DNA of 64,000 nt from Chrysomallon squamiferum (taxonomy: Eukaryota > Animalia > Mollusca): NCBI GenBank assembly GCA_012295275.1, contig CM022668.1, positions 11,408,001 through 11,472,000 of the forward strand, written 5' to 3'. The notes under the pieces are model-generated. The model was not told where the DNA came from and searched no databases. It saw nothing but the letters and a program-made list of their open reading frames with translations. Shown here piece by piece: positions 44,847 through 64,000 of this stretch (position 1 is its first letter; every line of letters begins with the position of its first letter). A program made the translations under genes and the position numbers.

Positions 44847-46585
44847 TGTAGATGTAGTAAAAGCAATAGTAGTACTAAGAATATAACTATAGTAATAGTA
44901 ACAGTAGCATTAGTAGGGGATTGATAGCAGCAGAAAAAGCTGCACCAGTAGTAGTGGCAGCAGTAGTAGTAGTAGTAGTATTCATGTTGTTATTGCGGTT
45001 GTCACTTTACTGCTGTAGATGCTGTTGCATTAGCAGGGAAAAAAACATTTGCGAAACAACAGAAGAAGATTTCAGAACCATGAGAGAAATATAACTCGGA
45101 GAGTAGCAATAATAATAATAATAATCATACCAGGACACTGAACTCCTGATGTGCACATGTCTTTTTCTGTTCTAAAGCTGCTCCCGTCACAGTCGGTTCT
45201 GCCTGTATCAGGTTGTGTACAGCGTCGCGTGTACGTCACTGTGTGAAAACCTGTGCCACATGTTACCGTGCAAGGTCCTTCAGAGGCTGACCAAGACGAC
45301 CATCTACCACAAACTAAAATGAATGTATTTTTCTTTATTTTTTTTTTCTTTACAAGCTTTAGTGCCTTTGCAATAGATTACTACATGAAGACGTAGCAAC
45401 AGCAGTGGAAGTTGAAGACGTAAAAAGAAGAAGAAAAAGAAAGAGAAGTAGAAGAAAATGAAAAAAAAAATGGGAAAAAAATTAAGACGAAAAAAAGAAA
45501 AAAAAAAGGAAAAGATTGTGATCGAGAAGAACAACAGAAGAAAATGAAGAAAGTGATGAAGAGGAAGAACAAGAACAAGAACAAGAAAAGGAAGAAGATG
45601 ATGATCATGGAGAAGATGAAGAAGAAGACGAAAACGAAGAAAATAAAGAATAATAAGTGCAAGAAAAAGGGTAGGTGGATTATGAGGATTACAAGTGCAA
45701 GGGAATAAACAGATCCACCCACCGTCACGGAATGACACACACACACACATACACACACACAAACACACACACACACAAACAGCACACATGAACAAACATA
45801 CACACATAAATTATGGGATTATTTTAATGTATACGGTACATGCAAACCTTTGAATTTTTGGAAAGCACTGATACCCAGTATCCATGTTATGATTCTAATT
45901 TTCATTTTAATGGCAAGCCTAAAACGAAAGTTATATGCTCCATAATTAATTAATTAATTAAACCTGACTTTGAGTTATCATCGTATTGAGAAAAGTATGA
46001 ACAAAACGAAGATAACAACAAATAGAAAGAAAAAATGCTTCTTTATATATTTTTTTATTTCATTTTATTGTATTTAAATGTTAATTTTTAACCGTGCACA
46101 ATAATGTAGACACGAATTCACACAAAAGTCGTCATATTCATTATCATTATCAAAGATTCAGTAAAACTTTCGTAATAAGTATACTATTTTAACATTTTGG
46201 ATTTACTGCGTGGTTTCTCTCCGCCATTTGTAATATTATCAATAAGAAGTTCATTCAAAACTTTTTATTATTTTTCTGCTTTATTCTTTAATTTCATTTT
46301 CCAAAACCAATTCAAATCTCCTTAACGTTGTACTTGGCAAGTATGTCTATAAATATTAAGAAAATAGAATTAAAGTTAAAGAAATAAAACATAAACAAAC
46401 AAGCTAGGATACAAGCAAGAATTTGATTTGTCTTACCTTCTACTGATTCACGAAAACTTTGAAATAAACTGATCCAGAAGAAAAGAATAAATGCTTAAAA
46501 ATAAATAAAATAACAAACATGAACGTTTCGTGTATGTTTGCATTTCATACATCAATATATGAGTAGAGGCACACCAAATGGACAT
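22862..46585 (-). CDS. Gene C: type I membrane protein with about 22 tandem thrombospondin type-1 (TSP1) repeats and a tyrosine-motif repeat cytoplasmic tail
   Basis: Signal exons, 183-195 nt phase 1-1 exons (xxGxWxxW...CSVTC...RxCxNPxPxxGGxxC...C...CP), TM exon and phase-2 terminal exon splice in frame, apart from two single-base homopolymer indels. Confidence 0.85.
24320..25200. repeat. Degenerate ~30-bp minisatellite
   Basis: Recurrent GGAATATTCCTAGCACTGATAACTAAC-like units. Confidence 0.7.
25246..25339 (-). CDS. Gene C transmembrane exon
   Basis: EAKNPSNMAVLSGIPAAVVVCCVVSGFVLHIR; ttttcag acceptor, phase 1 in, phase 2 out (gtaata). Confidence 0.85.
26160..26720. repeat. ~61-bp minisatellite, about 9 copies
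   Basis: GAGATGATGGATAAATGTACGGAGAAAGATAGTTATTGAAGTAGTAGTAATTGTAGACGGA repeated. Confidence 0.9.
26803..26997 (-). CDS. Gene C TSP1 exon (membrane-proximal)
   Basis: VDGGWASWKQMEVSPCSVTCGGVGSSKILFRRQCTNPEPAFGGKVCVGDRKKNFTESCNSRTNCP. Confidence 0.9.
27385..27579 (-). CDS. Gene C TSP1 exon
   Basis: VDGGWSSWIPIEFSVCTVTCNGSGIREITSRRECSNPKPDFGGKNCFGDDIKNVAEGCNFTQSCP. Confidence 0.9.
27984..28166 (-). CDS. Gene C TSP1 exon
   Basis: GDGTWSTWILQRRYPCSVTCGDGRLLTDYRRHCIHPRPGRTCLGETFKTANVTCEINVTCP. Confidence 0.9.
28675..28869 (-). CDS. Gene C TSP1 exon
   Basis: VDGGWTSWTANVYGPCSATCRGQGKQDYIFKRTCSNPKPAFGGKPCSGSATKTHVQDCTSTDACP. Confidence 0.9.
29355..29546 (-). CDS. Gene C TSP1 exon
   Basis: GDGYWGSWQLVSSHPCSVTCGRGRILKYYSRLCDRPKPRYGGRDCTGDSSRTINISCEANVLCP. 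Confidence 0.9.
30119..30310 (-). CDS. Gene C TSP1 exon
   Basis: VDGEWGSWHAVTIGACSVTCGSGWHITEYTRFCNKTKPQFGGKKCPGENHKTANSSCKSNVMCP. Confidence 0.9.
30694..30885 (-). CDS. Gene C TSP1 exon
   Basis: NGGWGAWDQHKYHSCSVTCGIGQRKIDFRRFCNNPIPKYGGTLCSGNRLKTINRTCETNIKCP. Confidence 0.9.
31378..31569 (-). CDS. Gene C TSP1 exon
   Basis: VHGRWSMWEEFSNYSCSVTCASGWHRVDYRRNCSNPRPQFGGRNCIGTEFKTVNSTCDTNVHCP. Confidence 0.9.
31908..32098 (-). CDS. Gene C TSP1 exon with a 1-nt deletion (191 nt): assembly error or dead exon
   Basis: VHGAWGIWEQYKEFSCSVTCASGTRVLKFRRRCK/NPEPKYGGRNCAGDGSKTILRNCDTHINCP; one base missing in a homopolymer at ~31997-32000. Confidence 0.6.
33107..33298 (-). CDS. Gene C TSP1 exon
   Basis: VNGAWSSWEQYRKYPCSVTCASGWRNVKYKRNCNNPEPKYGGRFCQGNGSKTISTVCDTHTKCP. 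Confidence 0.9.
34051..34242 (-). CDS. Gene C TSP1 exon
   Basis: VDGGWGAWEIHRRYRCSVTCASGWHNVKYRRNCNNPRPQFGGKHCSGDAFQVMNTKCETNVNCP. Confidence 0.9.
34414..34605 (-). CDS. Gene C TSP1 exon
   Basis: VHGGWGTWEQYRNHPCSVTCASGWLNVDYRRKCSNPKPQLGGRSCRGESSKTVNATCQANINCP. Confidence 0.9.
35250..35441 (-). CDS. Gene C TSP1 exon
   Basis: VHGSWGLWQQFKYHQCSVTCASGWRRIDYRRHCSNPTPQFGGRNCIGNDFKTINITCGTNITCP. Confidence 0.9.
35847..36038 (-). CDS. Gene C TSP1 exon
   Basis: HGRWSSWIQYRNYSCSVTCEKGWQIVGLRRRCNNPKPKYGGTLCPGRRDKTMRKTCIINIKCP. Confidence 0.9.
36451..36492 (-). pseudogene. TSP1 exon 3' fragment
   Basis: TTCGRRNTNVRCP plus donor; no acceptor or 5' half. Confidence 0.7.
36545..36736 (-). CDS. Gene C TSP1 exon
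   Basis: VDGQWSSWQQYKSYSCSVTCASGWRRVDYRRSCRNPRPQFGGKNCPGNNFKTINTTCGTNVNCP. Confidence 0.9.
37158..37737 (-). pseudogene. Cluster of degenerate TSP1 exon relics (37158-37206 3' stub; 37307-37563 fused double relic; 37670-37737 5' stub)
   Basis: FKIMNATCWTNVKCP; VDGRWN...ASGLRNVEYNPKP/NYSCSVICASVCQNIDYRRTCSYPKPQFRGRNCTGIDFKTVNFA*DTKVHCP; VNSQSVFVEQFSKYQCCVTC; frameshifts, deletions and a stop. Confidence 0.8.
38275..38392 (-). pseudogene. 5'-truncated TSP1 exon
   Basis: NVEYRRSCNNPRPQHGGRYFPGNNFKTDNTTCETNVSCP; WxxW/CSVTC half replaced by simple repeat; one Cys changed to Phe. Confidence 0.8.
38519..38710 (-). pseudogene. Full-length TSP1 exon with two adjacent in-frame stops
   Basis: VDG**GSWKQYRSFPCSVTCDSG...; GGA TGG of sister exons reads TGA TAA; splice sites intact. 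Confidence 0.85.
39074..39268 (-). CDS. Gene C TSP1 exon (type X)
   Basis: VVGRWATFEQFRSYQCSVTCASGWRSVQYRRSCNNPRPQFGGRKCPGINFKTINTTTCERNVNCP. Confidence 0.85.
39885..40076 (-). CDS. Gene C TSP1 exon (type Y)
   Basis: VDGGWGSWKQYRSFPCSVTCDSGWHNINYRRRCNNPEPKFGGSNCKGAGVKTEMAICNTHRKCP. Confidence 0.9.
40671..40862 (-). CDS. Gene C TSP1 exon (type X)
   Basis: VDGRWARWEQYRTYQCSVTCASGWRNVQYRRSCNNPRPQFGGRNCSGINFKTINTTCETNVNCP. Confidence 0.9.
41722..41913 (-). CDS. Gene C TSP1 exon (type Y)
   Basis: VDGGWGSWKQYRSFLCSVTCESGWRNINYRRRCNNPEPKFGGSNCKGAGYKRESAVCDTHRKCP. Confidence 0.9.
42254..42445 (-). CDS. Gene C TSP1 exon (type X)
   Basis: VDGRWGGWEQYRTYQCSVTCASGWRSVQYRRSCNNPRPKYRGSDCPGNNFKTVTTTCETNVNCP. 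Confidence 0.9.
43228..43419 (-). CDS. Gene C TSP1 exon (type X)
   Basis: VDGRWGEWEKYRSYQCSVTCSSGWRSDQYLRSCNNPRPQFGGRKCRGSNFKSVTTTCETNVSCP. Confidence 0.9.
44438..44528 (-). pseudogene. Heavily deleted TSP1 exon relic
   Basis: tttcag acceptor then VITCAFGWRNI / RKNCHGDDFK in shifting frames. Confidence 0.6.
45131..45313 (-). CDS. Gene C first TSP1 exon
   Basis: VCGRWSSWSASEGPCTVTCGTGFHTVTYTRRCTQPDTGRTDCDGSSFRTEKDMCTSGVQCP. Confidence 0.9.
46437..46468 (-). CDS. Gene C signal-peptide exon 2
   Basis: ttcttctggatcag|T TTA TTT CAA AGT TTT CGT GAA TCA GTA GAA G|gtaaga; joins to give MSIWCASTHILILFQSFRESVE. Confidence 0.7.
46551..46585 (-). CDS. Gene C signal-peptide exon 1
   Basis: ccaagATG TCC ATT TGG TGT GCC TCT ACT CAT ATA TTG AT|gtatga; 82-nt phase-2 intron; the same model is open in the gene B copy. 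Confidence 0.7.
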
Positions 46586-46598
46586 CTTGGAAAGATAA

Positions 46599-46753
46599 TA
46601 CGTCAAAGGTTTGTTCGTGACGTCATCAGTTACCGTGCTGAAAAATGGTCCTATTCGTTTCTCATTAAACCATAATCGGTTCGAAGCATTTAAAACTACG
46701 TATAATCAAGAAATAGGGCAAATATGCAAATATAGAAAGGCGAATATGCAAAT
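46599..46753. promoter_or_regulatory. Gene C proximal promoter motifs: CRE, CRE-like site, two octamers
   Basis: TACGTCAA 46599-46606, TGACGTCA 46618-46625, ATGCAAAT 46724-46731 and 46746-46753. Confidence 0.5.
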
Positions 46754-46959
46754 GCGTCCAACTTTCGACTGAACTGTTCTCTTTCTTCCCTGTCTTGTGT
46801 TAAGTCCAAGATTAATATACTCACTTGTTAAGTCCAAGTTTATACACTTTTTTTCAAATGATTTGAACCAAACTTTAAAATGAGTCTTACATTTGTATAT
46901 GTAGATTTAATTCTTTGACTGCTTATTCCAACACAAAATCTGAGAGAGAACTCCAATAA

Positions 46960-47220
46960 TGGTGGCGTGCAGAGACTTGGTGAAGCCCGGGGCCTTGATT
47001 GTATGCACCAAACACTCAAGTATAAGGCCTAACACTGAGACATATTATGAGAAAGGAAAATGTTTTGAATATGTAAACATAGATGAAACATAAAATAAAC
47101 ACTTTATTCGATTTAAATTTAAATCAACCAAATTTAGTCCTTTCTCTGTTAGGATGCCCCTCCCCTTTTGGATGCCCAGGGCCACCGCCCCTTCGCCCCA
47201 CACCCATCTGCACACCACTG
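46960..47220. mobile_element. hAT-type MITE private to the gene C cassette
   Basis: TIR TGGTGGCGTGCAGA / TCTGCACACCACTG; degenerate 8-bp flanks TCCAATAA / GCCAAGAA; absent at the homologous site ~62150. Confidence 0.65.
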
Positions 47221-47410
47221 GCCAAGAAACGTATAAATATCGCCGTTCCATCCCTCAAACTATATTGTAAATAAACAAATAAATAAATAAATAAATAAGC
47301 ATTCAAATATTGCTGGTTTTATAACCTGTTTGTAAATGAAAACTATTTTGAAGAAAAAGCTAAATTTCTGTAACAGACAATACGGTTTTATTATTATTAT
47401 TATTATTACT

Positions 47411-47474
<64 letters not shown>

Positions 47475-48347
47475 GAAACCAACGAGATTCGTGACTATTA
47501 AAATAAAATAAAATGTGACAGCTCATTTTTGTCTTGTGAAATAACTAGTTTCGACTGTAGTGCCTAAAACGTCCCGTGTTCAGTTTAAATTACTGGAAGG
47601 ATGTACAAATGTCAGTTCGCAAGTCAACACGTTGTTTTTATAAATACAGGTCGATGTTGAATTTCGTTTAACAATACTCTTATCCCTAGTTACTCTGTTC
47701 TTAATAACAGAAGAAGAAAAAACAACAGAAAAGAACTTCATACTGTCTGTATTATATGTACATATTATATTATTTGTACATCTAGTGTTTGTTCCATGTA
47801 GGTAACCATTAATTAATTATGTGTTTGTGAATTCAAGACGTGATACAGCTGTATTTACGCACATTTTCACTGGGGTGTATGTTTGACAAAACAAACTCTT
47901 TTCTCTTGAACCTTCTTCTGGACCTCTCGACACTCATTATTCTTGTTTGTTTATTTGCTTATAAACAGTTTCCCAAACCTTTCATCCGCCTTCCAGATAT
48001 CCTGAAAAATCTGGGTATTCTGGAATATGGCCACTTTTCAATTTGCCGCGTTATTTATTTCTGAAATTATTTTCTGACACACAAGTAAGAAATAATGAGA
48101 AATATGTAGTCTTTTTTATTTAATTTAAATACATACATACAACCATACATACATACAACCATACATACAACCATACATACATACAACCATACATACATAC
48201 AACCATACATACATACATACATACATACAAGCATACACATATGGCAGGATGTACGTCAGTGCCAAAACACCCTGGCCAATCAGTTATTGAATACAAATGT
48301 CCAAATCGCAGCATAATGTTCATTACAATAATGTAAATAACCTCGAG

Positions 48348-61836
<13,489 letters not shown>

Positions 61837-61848
61837 CTTGGAAAGATA

Positions 61849-61875
61849 TACGTCAAAGGTTTGTTCGTGACGTCA
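61849..61875. promoter_or_regulatory. Gene B CRE plus CRE-like site
   Basis: TACGTCAA 61849-61856, TGACGTCA 61868-61875. Confidence 0.5.
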
Positions 61876-62010
61876 TCAGTTTGGTCCTATTGGTTTCTCA
61901 TATAATCAAGAGACAGGGCCGAAGAAAGACGAATATACAAATACGTCCAACTTTCGACTGAACATTACCTTTCTTCTCTAGACGGATACGATGTGTTAAG
62001 TCCAAGTTCA

Positions 62011-62048
<38 letters not shown>

Positions 62049-62352
62049 TAGAGTTTTGAACCAATAGTTAAAAGGAGTGTTTTGTGTGTATGTGTAGACG
62101 TACTTCTTTGACTGCTTATTCCAAAACATAATCCGACAGAGTACGCCATAGCAGAAACATATAAATATCCCCGTTCCATCTGTCAAATTAAATTATAACT
62201 AAATAACTAACAAAATAAATAAATAAATAAATAAATAAATAAGCATTCAAATATTGTTGTTTTATTTAACCGTTTTTATAATGAAGACCATTTTGAAGAA
62301 AAAGCAAATTTCAATAATAGACAAAACGTGATTCGTAAATTCAAATAAAATA

Positions 62353-62489
62353 CAGTGGTACCTCGACTTGCGAGTTTAATTCGTTCCGTGACTGAGGTCG
62401 TAAATCAAATTTGCTCGTATGTCAAATCAATTGTCCCAAATAAAATTAATTGAAATACCATTAATCCGTTCCTACCCATAACCCACCCC

Positions 62490-62528
<39 letters not shown>

Positions 62529-63013
62529 TGTATTTTATAAATGACAAATATTGTATAAAAAAAAAAAAAAAAAAGACAATGTAAAGGAATAAAATGTTTT
62601 TTTAAAGTGTATTTTATCTTGGATATCATACAAATTATTTTAACGCCTTTCGCTGGAGTTACAGCCTTTATCGACTACACTGACACCTCGCTAATGTTCT
62701 TCTATGAATTCATACTTTAATTCAATGGTTATCATCCGCTTCCTCTTCTCAGAACTGTCCTTTGCTGGCTTACGATCCATGGTCAGTTGTTCGTTGCTAC
62801 ATAAAACGCAACACAACAGAACACAGATGCTTCCGGCCAGGTAGCCACTGAAGTAAACGAGTGAGACGCCCGATGCTGGCCGGGTCTTGTGTTAAATCAA
62901 GCCCGTCCGTAAATCAGATTTTGGATCACAACTCAAAGCAAAAAATCGACCTCGTTACTGCTCGTAACTCGAAAAACTCGTAAGTTGGGCACTCGTAAGT
63001 CGAGGTACTACTG
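62353..63013 (-). mobile_element. Non-autonomous Tigger (pogo family) element
   Basis: TIRs CAGTGGTACCTCGACTTGCGAGT / ACTCGTAAGTCGAGGTACTACTG with TA at left; remnant MDRKPAKDSSEKRKRMITIELKYEFIE (HTH_psq N-terminus). Confidence 0.85.
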
Positions 63014-63069
63014 CATTTGTCTCGGAACTGTACTACTCTTTAGTCTTTTGACTCTTAAATATTATACGG

Positions 63070-63135
<66 letters not shown>

Positions 63136-64000
63136 GGCTTGTGATACCATCGAGCTTTGTTATTATTAAAATCAAATAAAATGTGATAGCTAATTTTTGT
63201 CTTGGGAAATACCTAATTCAGTCCTGTAGCGTATAAAATGTCCCGTGTTCAGTTTAAATCACTGGTAGGATGTACAAATGTCAATAGACAGTCTTTCAAG
63301 TTTCCGCAAGTGAACACGTTATTTTTTATTTTATTTTTTTTTATTTTATAAATATAGGTCGGTATCGAATTTCGTCAAACAATACTTTTATCACTAGTTA
63401 CTCTGTTCTTGTGGCAGGAAAAAAAAATGAACTGAAAATCTTAGTAACAGAAAGAAAAAAAAAAAAATTAAAAAAACAGAATAGAAAATAGAACTTAATA
63501 TCTTCTGTATTATATTATCTGTACATCTAGTTCTTTTTTCAGTTGTTTTTTTTCCATGTAGGTAACCGTTAATTAATTCTGTATGGTGAAATAATGACTT
63601 GATACAGCTATATTTACGCACATTTTCACTGGAGTAGGTTTACGACAAAACATTTTTTTTTTTTTTTTTTTTTCCATGTCCATGGTAATCGTTAATTAAT
63701 TCTGGGTGAATTAATGACTTGATACAGGTTGTTTACGCACATTTGTAGGTTAGGGTTTGTGTATGACAAAACAATTTTTTTTTTTTTTTTTTGAACCTTA
63801 TTCATTGAGACTCATTGTTGTTGTTTGTTTGCTTGCTTATATAGAGTTACCAAACCTTTCATCCGGCTTCCAGATATCCTGAAAAATCCGGGTATTCTGG
63901 AAAATGGCCACCTTTGAATTTGGACCCGCTGTACTTTAGTTTCCACGACATCAATTCAAGTGAGAGACCTACTCTTACGTCAGTTTTGTGTTTTACTTTA

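Larger units (their letters stand above)
45131..48045. repeat. Segmental duplication copy 1 (5' cassette of gene C); partner 60078-63922
   Basis: Collinear exons, introns and upstream DNA, e.g. 45806-46020 vs 60890-61100, 46500-46630 vs 61750-61880, 47973-48045 vs 63850-63922. Confidence 0.9.

Noticed and set aside
32859-44924. Many poly-N/I/Y/L/S ORFs in the ORF track
   Set aside because: Stop-free frames of (AAT)n/(TAG)n tracts; only the embedded TSP1 exons are coding
26803-45313. Naming gene C hemicentin, SCO-spondin, ADAMTS or semaphorin-5, or genes A/B MEGF10
   Set aside because: No Ig, vWF, protease, Sema or EMI exons seen; similarity is limited to the generic repeat, so no symbol assigned
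45304-45807. Hydrophobic TM-like ORFs (also 60258-60833) and the E/K-rich plus-strand ORF 60528-60710
   Set aside because: Purine-rich low-complexity intron, expanded differently in the two cassette copies; no conserved frame or splice sites
46437-46545. Single-exon signal peptide (MQTYTKRSCLLFYLFL... or MFVILFIF...) or a 6-nt TAGAAG microexon
   Set aside because: Both single-exon frames hit stops in both copies; the two-exon model with an 82-nt intron is open in both B and C
47950-48045. Conserved block with TATA-like TATAAG on the minus strand (also 63830-63922) as core promoter
   Set aside because: About 1.4 kb from the ATG, and conservation may only reflect recent duplication; needs TSS data

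Overview
AT-rich, microsatellite-dense eukaryotic (invertebrate, mollusc/cephalopod-like; inferred from composition only) genomic DNA. It holds three head-to-tail, minus-strand, multi-exon genes for modular cell-surface proteins, which I reconstructed by hand from GT/AG boundaries and translations. Gene B (61836->48348): two-exon signal peptide, 1 TSP1, 10 eight-Cys EGF-like repeats, Thr/Pro stalk, TM and a basic tail. Gene C (46585->~22862): two-exon signal peptide, 21 intact plus 1 frameshifted TSP1 exons and about 7 dead exons or fragments, TM, and a long tail with tandem (I/V)YxGP motifs. Gene A (20835->2360, 3' end outside the window): signal-peptide exon and at least 13 EGF-like exons. 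Every complete repeat exon is phase 1-1. Main observation: gene B looks chimeric. Its EGF array is collinear with gene A, whereas its promoter region, signal exons, introns and first TSP1 exon are a recent duplicate of gene C's 5' end. All three ATGs have a perfect CRE (TGACGTCA) just upstream. Introns contain decayed DNA transposons (Academ-like, hAT, pogo/Tigger, THAP-bearing, Tc1, Ginger2/KRBA2-like) and mini/microsatellites. I saw no RNA genes or CRISPR arrays. Most ORFs in the supplied track are microsatellite artefacts.
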